Part shown: piece after piece, positions 31,246 to 38,763 of the stretch | Layout of the letters: every line of letters starts with the position of its first letter | How positions within the stretch are numbered: the stretch's first letter is position 1 | Virus record (IMG/VR): IMGVR_UViG_3300028578_000002 | DNA: 40,299 bases | Source of the DNA: a virus | Reading direction: 5' to 3' (one strand) | The notes under the pieces: model-generated | Database searches by the model: none | Told to the model about the DNA's origin: nothing | What the model saw: only the letters and a program-made list of their open reading frames with translations | Translations under genes and position numbers: made by a program

Positions 31246-31997
31246 AGCTCGTAGTCGGTGGGGAACGTGGCGCGCAGCCACGTCTCGAAGGGCGCCGCGG
31301 CGGCGGTGAGGGCGGCTTCGGAGTGGCCGAGCGCACCGACGCTGATGAGGGTGACGTCGTCGAGGGCCGCGGCGAAGGTGACGGCGGTGGCCGGGGAGAC
31401 GAGGGGGTCGTCGCTCGCGTAGGCCAAGAACACGGGGCAGGCGATCTGGCCGGGCAGGTTGACCGGGTTGGCGTCGGGGACGACGTTGGGGAGAGGGTCC
31501 TGGGCGGCGAGGCCCCATGCGGTGTTGAACGACGCGGGGAACAGGGCCCGGACCGCGGCGGCGTCGATGGCGGGGATCCACAGGGCGAGCCCGGCGACGT
31601 CTTCGGGGTGCTGGGCGGCGTAGCGGGTGGCTACGAGCCCGCCCATGGAGCCGCCGGCGACGAGCTTGGGGCCCGCTGAGGCCCCGCCGGCCTCGAGGAG
31701 CGCAGACGCGGCTGCGACGTCGGCGAGGGCGTTGGCGTTGCCCCAGTTGTCGCCGCCGAAGTCGCCGGCGTAGCAGAAGTGCCGGGCGGTGATGAGCGCA
31801 CGCAGGGCCCCGGAGCCGGGCTTGGCGGGGTCGAACCACGAGGTGGCGGTGCCGCCGGCGCCGTGGCACAAGATGGCGCCGCGGTGGGTGCCGTCGCGCT
31901 TGGAGAGCCGGGGGCGGGTGCCGATGTCGGTGTTGGCGGCGCGGACCGCTCCGATGGATCCTCGCTTGAGGTAGGCCCCGCGGTTGTCGGTGAGCAT
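31242..31997 (-). CDS. Alpha/beta-hydrolase fold esterase/lipase
   Basis: Oxyanion-hole region ILCHGAGG, nucleophile elbow GGSMGG, and candidate acid and His residues in ASDDPLV and LGHSE. Confidence 0.7.
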   Translation of the reverse strand: MLTDNRGAYLKRGSIGAVRAANTDIGTRPRLSKRDGTHRGAILCHGAGGTATSWFDPAKPGSGALRALITARHFCYAGDFGGDNWGNANALADVAAASALLEAGGASAGPKLVAGGSMGGLVATRYAAQHPEDVAGLALWIPAIDAAAVRALFPASFNTAWGLAAQDPLPNVVPDANPVNLPGQIACPVFLAYASDDPLVSPATAVTFAAALDDVTLISVGALGHSEAALTAAAAPFETWLRATFPTDYEL

Positions 31998-32000
31998 CGG

Positions 32001-32591
32001 CTAGAGCTCGAGGACGAGGAGACGGAGCGGGGTGTCCGCGGACCCGAAGGCGTGCGCGACACCGGAGGCGATGGCCTGGCCGAGCTTGACCTCGTAGGTG
32101 TGGGGCCCGGCCGCGGGGGTGAGCGCAATGCCCTTCCAGTGGTTCTGGATGGCGTTGACCGCCGAGGTGTGCGCGGTGAAGTCGAGGGTGACGCCGTCCT
32201 GTTGCAACACGAGCCGGGGGCCTTGCCCGTTGGCGGAGTGGTACACGGGCCCGCCCCACAACACGACGAGGGGCCGGGCGGTGACGGCGATGTCGGGGCA
32301 GATGAGCCCGCCACCGGCGAGGGAGATGGGTCCGACCGCGGCGTTGAGGGCGGTGTCGGACTGGTTGTCGTCGGAGCCGAGGATCCGCCCGCCGATCGAC
32401 GCGAGCGCGGAGGCGAGGGCGTCTTCGAGGTCGCCGACGTCGTTGCTGAGCGCGGCGAGGGCATCGGCGAGGCCGACGACGGTGCCGCCGAGCGCGGTGA
32501 CCGTCGCGGTGAGCGCCTCGAGGTCCGCGGCGAGCTCGGGGACGGTGGCGAGCGCGGTGGCGGGGACGGTGACGAGGTCGAAGCGGTCCAT
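32001..32591 (-). CDS. Fibre/receptor-binding-like protein (196 aa)
   Basis: Ala/Leu-rich coiled N-terminus (ELAADLEALTATVTALGGTVVGLADALAALSNDVGDLEDAL) followed by a beta-rich C-terminal domain. Confidence 0.55.
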   Translation of the reverse strand: MDRFDLVTVPATALATVPELAADLEALTATVTALGGTVVGLADALAALSNDVGDLEDALASALASIGGRILGSDDNQSDTALNAAVGPISLAGGGLICPDIAVTARPLVVLWGGPVYHSANGQGPRLVLQQDGVTLDFTAHTSAVNAIQNHWKGIALTPAAGPHTYEVKLGQAIASGVAHAFGSADTPLRLLVLEL

Positions 32592-32594
32592 GGC

Positions 32595-32858
32595 CTAGTA
32601 CTCGATCTCGTAGGAGACGACGCCCGTGGACAGGAGCCGTATCGCGGTGGGGCCTTCGAGGTCGCGGGTGATGACGCGCCGCACGCCGGGGGGGACGATG
32701 CGGGTGTCGTGCTGGCCGATGGCCGGGTCGCCGCCGTCGACGCGGACCAAGAGCAGGTCGGTGCCGGCGTAGTTGAACACCGCGATCGAGCCGGCGTCGT
32801 CGTTGAAGTTGACCTCAGCGACGGTGTCGGCCTCGGTGGTGCCGTGGTGGGTCGTCAT
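32595..32858 (-). CDS. Hypothetical beta-rich 87-aa protein
   Basis: ATG 32858 is abutted by the TAGCCT motif. G/C third positions. Confidence 0.6.
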   Translation of the reverse strand: MTTHHGTTEADTVAEVNFNDDAGSIAVFNYAGTDLLLVRVDGGDPAIGQHDTRIVPPGVRRVITRDLEGPTAIRLLSTGVVSYEIEY

Positions 32859-32879
32859 GGCCGCGAGGCTACGCCGCGG
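32859..32879 (-). promoter_or_regulatory. Motif copy A2 (CCGCGGCG TAGCCT CGCGGCC | ATG)
   Basis: It fills the whole 21-nt gap between the stop at 32880 and ATG 32858. Confidence 0.5.
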
Positions 32880-33233
32880 TCACTGCTCGTCGCGGTACTC
32901 CTCGAGCCGGCGTTGGAAGTCGGCGGCCTCCTCGGCGGCGGCGGGGTACAGGTCGAGGCGGATGAGGTCGAACTCGAAGCGGTGTCGTTCGCGGAGTTCG
33001 TTGAGGGCCCGGCTGTAGGTCATCTGCCACGCGGCGCGGTGGACGTCGGGGACGTCGAGGGACCGTTCACACAGCAGGCAGGTGATCCGGGCTGGGTCTT
33101 CGGTGGCCTCGTAGCGGTCGACGTCGCGCTCGGTGAAGAACAGCCGGCCGCAGGCGAGCCAGACGGTCTCACCGAGGTCGTCCTCGCGGGGCTCGACGTG
33201 GTCGATGAGATGGACGCGCCGCTTGCCAGTCAT
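32880..33233 (-). CDS. Hypothetical 117-aa protein
   Basis: ORF trimmed to ATG 33233 (ATGA coupling). Confidence 0.6.
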   Translation of the reverse strand: MTGKRRVHLIDHVEPREDDLGETVWLACGRLFFTERDVDRYEATEDPARITCLLCERSLDVPDVHRAAWQMTYSRALNELRERHRFEFDLIRLDLYPAAAEEAADFQRRLEEYRDEQ

Positions 33234-33580
33234 CCGACGGCGATGTCGGGCGCGGTGCGCTGGTCGATGTAGGCGACGTGCGCGGGCTCGAGCTTGAGGT
33301 CGAGCGCGATGGCCTCGAGGGTCTCGCCGGCGGTGATGCGCCGGCACGCGTAGTAGAACACCGCGGGCTTTAGCCCGATCGCGGCGAGGTCGGTCCCGGT
33401 GACGGTCATGGCCGGCGCGGGGACGATCAGCGGCGTGCGCCGGCGTCGTGGTGGCCGGTTGCACGTCGCGCAGTGGCGCCGGCACGCGGGGAGGTCGCAG
33501 CGGCAGAGCCCGGAGCATCCGGGCTCGTGGTCGTCGTGGCGGTCCTCGCCGAGCGCGGTCCCGCAGATATGGCACCTCAC
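33230..33580 (-). CDS. Cys-rich (zinc-ribbon-like) protein with a possible C-terminal HTH
   Basis: MRCHICG...CSGLCRCDLPACRRHCATC, followed by ...ITAGETLEAIALDLKLEPAHVAYI. ATGA coupling. Confidence 0.6.
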   Translation of the reverse strand: MRCHICGTALGEDRHDDHEPGCSGLCRCDLPACRRHCATCNRPPRRRRTPLIVPAPAMTVTGTDLAAIGLKPAVFYYACRRITAGETLEAIALDLKLEPAHVAYIDQRTAPDIAVG

Positions 33581-33774
33581 CGGCGGGGTGGCCGCGCGGG
33601 GCGGTCATGGCCAGCGAGGAACGCGGCGAAGAGCTCTACGGCCTGGTCGTCGGTGCGGCCGGCGTCTTGGTGGCTGGGGCCGGTCGCGTACATGAAGCGG
33701 ACGACCGCGGCGAGCGCGCCGAGGCCGACGTCGCCGGCGGGCCCGCCCTTGATGGTGGGGATGTGGACGGTCAC
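33577..33774 (-). CDS. Hypothetical 65-aa protein
   Basis: ORF trimmed to GTG 33774 (GTGA coupling). Coding-like third positions. Confidence 0.5.
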   Translation of the reverse strand: MTVHIPTIKGGPAGDVGLGALAAVVRFMYATGPSHQDAGRTDDQAVELFAAFLAGHDRPARPPRR

Positions 33775-33971
33775 CGGTCGAACTCCTCGACGAACCCGAT
33801 GGCCTCGATGACTCGGCCGAAGGATGCGAACCGGGTGCCGTCGCCTGAGGCGACGATGACGTCGGTGAAGTCGGCGCCGTGCCGGACGAACGTGCGGCGG
33901 CCGGTCCTGCGGAGGACCCATCGCCACGCGGGCAGGGAGCGGAGGTGGACGGCGAGGCGGTGGCTCAGCAT
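33771..33971 (-). CDS. Hypothetical 66-aa protein
   Basis: ATG 33971 overlaps the upstream gene by 7 nt. Coding-like third positions. Confidence 0.55.
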   Translation of the reverse strand: MLSHRLAVHLRSLPAWRWVLRRTGRRTFVRHGADFTDVIVASGDGTRFASFGRVIEAIGFVEEFDR

Positions 33972-34234
33972 CCCTTGCGCCCCATCACCGTAGATGCGAG
34001 GAACCCGGCCTCACGTGCTCGCTGGACGCGCTTGGCGGCGGCGTCTTGAGTGATCCCGAGTTGGCTGGCGACGGCGCGCGTCGGGGGCATATCGACGAGT
34101 AGGGCAAGTCGATACACCACGGCGACGTTCGCCGGGCCGAAGGTGCTGCCGTATTCACCGAGCAGAGTGTCGATCTCCTCGGCGGCGGCGCGGAGTCGGG
34201 CGGCCTCGGTTCGGGCCTCGCGCAAGATGTTCAT
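33965..34234 (-). CDS. Small coiled-coil + HTH DNA-binding protein
   Basis: ORF trimmed to ATG 34234, 1 nt after the helicase stop. HTH TRAVASQLGITQDAAAKRVQRAR. Confidence 0.65.
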   Translation of the reverse strand: MNILREARTEAARLRAAAEEIDTLLGEYGSTFGPANVAVVYRLALLVDMPPTRAVASQLGITQDAAAKRVQRAREAGFLASTVMGRKGC

Positions 34235-34235
34235 C

Positions 34236-35882
34236 TCAGAACTCCTCTTCGCCTTCGGGCCAGGGCCCTCGGACGACGTTGTCGGTTGGATGGTCGGGAT
34301 CGAACAGCGCGGGGTCATCGCGCGGTGGCTCGGTGGGGCCGGGGTCGCCGCCGTCGGCGTAGGGGCGGATGAGGCGCAGGACCTTGGAGCGTCCGGCGCG
34401 TGCTTCGACGACGTAGCGCTCGACGATGAGCCGGGAGATGGCTTCGGTGACCAGCTTGGGCTTGTCGGAGTGCACGAGGCTCTTGAGCGCGGTGGCGGAG
34501 AGCCCGTCGGGTGCCTTGGCGAGCTCATCGGCGCAGCGGCGCATGAGCACGGTGGGTTTCCACGTGTCGTTGGCGGAGACTTCGCCGGTGTCGCGGGTGA
34601 GGCGCATGAGGACGCGGGTGCCGTCGGCTTTGGGTTCGATGTCGACGATCGCTGCGGTGTCACCGATCGCGCCGACACCTCCGGGCCGGTCCTTGGCGAT
34701 GACCAGACGCAGCCGCCCGGCGCGGGTCCGTGAGAACGGGACGACGACCTTGACGAGGTAGGCGGAGCCGTCGACCGCGCCCAACTTGGCGCCCGAGCCG
34801 CGTGCCCACCGGCCCTGCTCTTCGCGGTTCTTGACGACGTGGTCGAGCATCAACACCGCGGCGCCGGTGCGGGCGAGCCAACGCGGGAGCGCTTCGACCC
34901 ATGCGACGACCTCGGCGGCGCGGTCTTCGGCGTAGCCGTCGCGGACCAAGGCTTCGGCGACGCCGTCGATGACGATGAGGTCGGGGTTGAGGGTCTTGCA
35001 CAGGCGCGAGAGCTCGACGCGCTCGGTGGGTCCGAACGGGCCTGACGGCTGGATGTACCGGAACCGGTGGCGCACCGCGGCGGGGTCCGCGCCGAGCGCT
35101 AGGAGCCGGCCGAGGATCCCGACGGAGGTGTCCTCGTAGTCGAGGTACACGACGGCTCCGCCCATCGCGAGGACCTCGAGCGCAGCGAGCAGAGCGAGCC
35201 AGGACTTGCCCGACGACGGCTCGGCCTGCAACACGTGCATCTTGCCGCCGTAGAGCAGGGCCCGGCCGTCGTTGCGGCGCAGGAAGTCGGGCTCTTCGGT
35301 GGTGAGGTCACCGTCGAGGAGCGCGGCGACGTCGGCGACGTCGAGGGAGGAGTAGGACCGGGACCCGTTCTGTGACGCGACGCCACCGAGGAGCGCTTGG
35401 GCTCGCAGGATGACGTCGTGCGCGTCGTCGGCGCGCGACCCGTACCCGAGCTCGGAGATCTCCGCGCCCGCCGCGAGGAGCCGGCGCAGCGTCGCGAGGT
35501 CATGGACGATGGTGGCATAGCGCGCCGCGTTGGACGTGGCCGGTGCGGTGGCCATGAGCCCGGCGACGAACGCGGGGCCGCCAACGGACTCGAGGAGCCC
35601 GCGGCGGGTGAGCTCTTCGCCGACGGTGACCGAATCGACGGCTTGGCCTTGCTCGAACGCGTGGCGCAGCACCGCGGCAACGTGGCCATGACCGGGCTTG
35701 TAGAAGTCGCCGGGCTCGGTGCGCGTCGCCAGCACCTCGAGCGCGTCGGGCGAGATCATGGCGGCACCCAACAACGACGCTTCGGCGTCGAGGTTCGACG
35801 GCGGGACGCGGCCCGCAGGTCGATCGGGTTGGTTGGCGACGGGCCGGCCGCGGGTAGCGTGTCGGGCGCGGTCGTCGGTCAT
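34236..35882 (-). CDS. dnaB: DnaB-like replicative helicase (DnaB N-terminal domain + RecA/AAA_25-type NTPase + C-terminal wHTH-like tail)
   Basis: N-terminal PPSNLDAEASLLGAAMISPDALE...DFYKPGHGHV...VGGPAFVAGL. Walker A AEPSSGKSW. Walker B-like VLMLDH. Confidence 0.8.
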   Translation of the reverse strand: MTDDRARHATRGRPVANQPDRPAGRVPPSNLDAEASLLGAAMISPDALEVLATRTEPGDFYKPGHGHVAAVLRHAFEQGQAVDSVTVGEELTRRGLLESVGGPAFVAGLMATAPATSNAARYATIVHDLATLRRLLAAGAEISELGYGSRADDAHDVILRAQALLGGVASQNGSRSYSSLDVADVAALLDGDLTTEEPDFLRRNDGRALLYGGKMHVLQAEPSSGKSWLALLAALEVLAMGGAVVYLDYEDTSVGILGRLLALGADPAAVRHRFRYIQPSGPFGPTERVELSRLCKTLNPDLIVIDGVAEALVRDGYAEDRAAEVVAWVEALPRWLARTGAAVLMLDHVVKNREEQGRWARGSGAKLGAVDGSAYLVKVVVPFSRTRAGRLRLVIAKDRPGGVGAIGDTAAIVDIEPKADGTRVLMRLTRDTGEVSANDTWKPTVLMRRCADELAKAPDGLSATALKSLVHSDKPKLVTEAISRLIVERYVVEARAGRSKVLRLIRPYADGGDPGPTEPPRDDPALFDPDHPTDNVVRGPWPEGEEEF

Positions 35883-35959
35883 GGGGATCGCTCACGTGTG
35901 CGGGGGGGGCCCGGCGGTTGCCGGGTCCTCGCCGCGTGGGCGGGACGGTGGGCCACGGG

Positions 35960-36172
35960 CTAGAGCTCGGGGTCGTTGCGCCAGTCGAACGGGCCGGGCC
36001 CGACGATGGTGAACCCGGGCGGTAGCTCTGCGAGGGTGGGCTCGTGGTGAGGGGGTGGCCGGTCGGCGCGTCGGGCGCGCCAGGCGAGCGCGCCGAGTCC
36101 GGTCCAGACCGCGACGGCGATGGCGTCGCCGATGCTGGGGACGAGGTCGGTGAGGAGGCCTGTGAGGGTCAT
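35960..36172 (-). CDS. Small membrane protein (70 aa)
   Basis: Hydrophobic segment AIAVAVWTGLGALAW. ATGA coupling upstream. Confidence 0.55.
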   Translation of the reverse strand: MTLTGLLTDLVPSIGDAIAVAVWTGLGALAWRARRADRPPPHHEPTLAELPPGFTIVGPGPFDWRNDPEL

Positions 36173-36813
36173 GGGCGGCGGCTCCTTGGGGTGGGCGGCC
36201 GGCGGGGGGCCTCGGTCGCACGCAGGTCACGGGTCGGCCGGAGTGTCGCTCGAAGGTCGAGCACGGCCGCAGAGGTGAGGGTATGACGCTCGGGGAGCGC
36301 GTGCTCGGCTTGCGCACGTAGGGCCTCGAGCGCTTCTCGCGTGGCGGGCTCGTTGAGGAGCGCGGCGATGGCTTCGGCCATGGGCCGGACGACCTCGCCG
36401 AACGCGGTGGCGAGCCCGTCGAAGAGGTCCCGGATGGTCTCGGCTGCGACCCCGAACACGGCGATGACGGCAGCGAAGTCGTCCATGGTCATCGCCGGGA
36501 CCTCGTAGACGATGTACGCGTGGGTGTGCTGCGCGTGTCGGTCGCCGATGACGGCGCGGTCAGCGACGTCGGCGAACCGGCCAGCGAACTCGGCGTAGAT
36601 GTACTCCTCGATCGCCCGGTGTGCGGGATCGTCGTCGACGTCGCCGAGGAGGAACGCCCGGCACCCTTCGCACAGGTCGCCGCCCTTGACCGGAGCATGC
36701 AACTGGCAGCGTGCGCACGCGTCGGGCGCGCGGTCGGTGCCGAACCCGGTCTCGGTCGAGGCCTGTAGCCCGGAGTCGAGGACCTCGAGGATCCGGTCGG
36801 CGCGCTCGCTCAC
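36169..36813 (-). CDS. Hypothetical 214-aa protein with an N-terminal CxxC...CxxC
   Basis: CARCQLHAPVKGGDLCEGC. ATGA coupling with the resolvase stop. Confidence 0.65.
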   Translation of the reverse strand: MSERADRILEVLDSGLQASTETGFGTDRAPDACARCQLHAPVKGGDLCEGCRAFLLGDVDDDPAHRAIEEYIYAEFAGRFADVADRAVIGDRHAQHTHAYIVYEVPAMTMDDFAAVIAVFGVAAETIRDLFDGLATAFGEVVRPMAEAIAALLNEPATREALEALRAQAEHALPERHTLTSAAVLDLRATLRPTRDLRATEAPRRPPTPRSRRP

Positions 36814-37346
36814 GGCAGGACCGGCCAGGTGATCGACGCGAGGACCTCGCGCTCATGGTCGGCACCGGCGACGGTCTGCCCGTAGGCCATCCGGCCGAGC
36901 CGGCGCAGATGGTAGGCGTCGGCCTCGTCGTGGTTCCTGGGGTGTGCACTATGTGCACGCGCAGCGTCGACCATCGCGTCCTTGTCGGCGTTGCCGCGAC
37001 CGGTGGCGAAGCGCTTGAGGCTCGACGGTGGCACCTCGACGACGTGCGCGCCGAGCCGGAACGCGGTGGTGCGGACCATGCCACCGACCTCACCGAGGCG
37101 CACGAGCGCGAGCCGCCCCGGGGTGCCGAGCCCGTAGCCCTCGACGACGACGAGCACGGGCCGCGGGGGGTGGAGCTCGAGCGCACGCCACAGGGCCCGC
37201 TCGAGCTCGGCGAGGCGGCGAACGGGGTCCTTGGCGCCGGCGCGGGCGTTGAGGGTGATGAGGGTGCCGTCGGTCCGCGCGAGGCCGAGGTTGCGGGTGG
37301 CACCGTCGACACCGGCGATGGCGACTGTCACCGGTGTGCCCGCCAC
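36810..37346 (-). CDS. ruvC: RuvC-like Holliday junction resolvase (start 37346 ATG, or 37331 GTG in GTGA coupling)
   Basis: IAGVDGATRNLGLA, VVVEGY, KRFATGRGNADKDAMV and NHDEADAYHL match the catalytic acidic residue pattern. Confidence 0.75.
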   Translation of the reverse strand: MAGTPVTVAIAGVDGATRNLGLARTDGTLITLNARAGAKDPVRRLAELERALWRALELHPPRPVLVVVEGYGLGTPGRLALVRLGEVGGMVRTTAFRLGAHVVEVPPSSLKRFATGRGNADKDAMVDAARAHSAHPRNHDEADAYHLRRLGRMAYGQTVAGADHEREVLASITWPVLP

Positions 37347-37579
37347 TCGTCGGCCTGGGGGCAGGTGGCGTGATGGGGCATGTACCGGACACCGTCGGTG
37401 TGACCCTCGAACAGCGACGCGGCGCCGTGGACCTGGGCCAGCGGTAGGCCGGGGCCGGTGTGCTCGAGGGTGACGTTGCCGTCGGCGGTGGGCTCGGCGT
37501 CGAGGGGCATGAGGGTGCCCTTGGTGGTGCGGGCGAACACGATGAGCGCGCCGCAGGACCGGCAGCGGGTGGTCTTCAC
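37328..37579 (-). CDS. Small zinc-finger-like protein (83 aa)
   Basis: ORF trimmed to GTG 37579 (GTGA coupling). CRSCG...MPHHATC. Confidence 0.55.
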   Translation of the reverse strand: MKTTRCRSCGALIVFARTTKGTLMPLDAEPTADGNVTLEHTGPGLPLAQVHGAASLFEGHTDGVRYMPHHATCPQADEWRAHR

Positions 37580-37773
37580 TGGCGGCCGGCGCGGATGCGG
37601 TCGAACAGCCGGGCGCCCTCTTGGCACGAGTAGGAGATGGCGCGCAGGTGCCGCGCCGCGACGTCTAGGTCCTCGCTGGTGACGTCGTCGAACGTCTCGG
37701 GCTTGGAGTAGCGCAGGTTCCGGGCGACGTGGAGCGCACGGCCAGCCTCCGCCAGCAACGCCTGCCCGGTCAC
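37576..37773 (-). CDS. Hypothetical 65-aa protein
   Basis: ORF trimmed to GTG 37773 (GTGA coupling). Confidence 0.5.
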   Translation of the reverse strand: MTGQALLAEAGRALHVARNLRYSKPETFDDVTSEDLDVAARHLRAISYSCQEGARLFDRIRAGRQ

Positions 37774-38048
37774 CGCGGCACAACCTCGACGAGGTGGATG
37801 GGCAGGCCACCCCATGTGGAGAGCCAGAGCGTGCCGCCCTGAGCGAGCGCGGCGAGTTCGATCTCGTCCAACTGGTAGGCGACCCGGCAGACGACGACCC
37901 CTTGGGTGGTGTCGAGGCCGACGAGGGTGGGGCAGGGGATGACGTCGGGCGCTTCCGCGGGCCCGCCGATGACGCGGCGCACAGGCTCGGCGCCCGCTCG
38001 CTGGGTCCAATAGGCGACCTGCTCGTCGGTGGCTTCCACAGGGATCAT
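37770..38048 (-). CDS. Hypothetical 92-aa protein
   Basis: ORF trimmed to ATG 38048 (ATGA coupling). Confidence 0.55.
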   Translation of the reverse strand: MIPVEATDEQVAYWTQRAGAEPVRRVIGGPAEAPDVIPCPTLVGLDTTQGVVVCRVAYQLDEIELAALAQGGTLWLSTWGGLPIHLVEVVPR

Positions 38049-38611
38049 GGCCGGGCCTCGCGCGGAAGGTAGGGCATGACCGCGGCGGTGAACGACTGCG
38101 CGATCTGCGCGACGCCCTCGACGATCGCGGGGGTGACGAGCTCGGGCTCGCGGGTGTGCCCGTTGTTCGCCATCTCCACCATCAGCCCCGCGGTGGTCAA
38201 CGCGACGTAGAGGGTCTCGTCGTCGTAGAGCGACAGTCCGAGGGCGTCCCACGTGTCGCGCACGTACGCGCCGAGGTCATCGGCGCGGGACTGGTACCCG
38301 GGATCCGCGGCGACGGTGGCGCCGATGATCCGGGTGGCCTTGGCGACGTTGGCCCACTGCGGCCGTGGCCGGTGAGCCTCGCCGGTGACGACGTGCTCGA
38401 GGTCCTCGTCGGACATGCCGAGGACCTCGTCGACGGGCACGGCCTCGCCGGTGCGCAACCGGTCCATCACCGCATGCCGCTTGGCCTGGGCGACGACCTC
38501 GGAGAGGTGGCGAGCGGCGACCTTGGTGGCGTCGTCGAGGACGCACACCGAGAAGAGCTCGTCGATGCGCTCGGCATCCTCGAGCGCGAGCTCGACGGTG
38601 CGGCCGCTCAC
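38045..38611 (-). CDS. Hypothetical 188-aa protein
   Basis: ORF 38045..39274 trimmed to GTG 38611 (GTGA coupling). The upstream part of the long ORF is an alternative frame of recT. Confidence 0.6.
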   Translation of the reverse strand: MSGRTVELALEDAERIDELFSVCVLDDATKVAARHLSEVVAQAKRHAVMDRLRTGEAVPVDEVLGMSDEDLEHVVTGEAHRPRPQWANVAKATRIIGATVAADPGYQSRADDLGAYVRDTWDALGLSLYDDETLYVALTTAGLMVEMANNGHTREPELVTPAIVEGVAQIAQSFTAAVMPYLPREARP

Positions 38612-38763
38612 CGGAGACCCCACAGGCCTTGGATGCCGAGCGCCGCGGCGACGACCACGAAGACGACGGCGATGCCCATGAGCGTGACCGCGAGCGCCAT
38701 CGCGCAGCCGCGCATGAACTGCTGCTCGGAGGGGGTGAACTCGGTGCGGTCGCGGCCGGTCAC
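38608..38763 (-). CDS. Small membrane protein (51 aa)
   Basis: Not in the ORF track. GTGA overlaps at both ends. Hand translation gives ...CAMALAVTLMGIAVVFVVVAAALGIQGLWGLR. Confidence 0.45.
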   Translation of the reverse strand: MTGRDRTEFTPSEQQFMRGCAMALAVTLMGIAVVFVVVAAALGIQGLWGLR

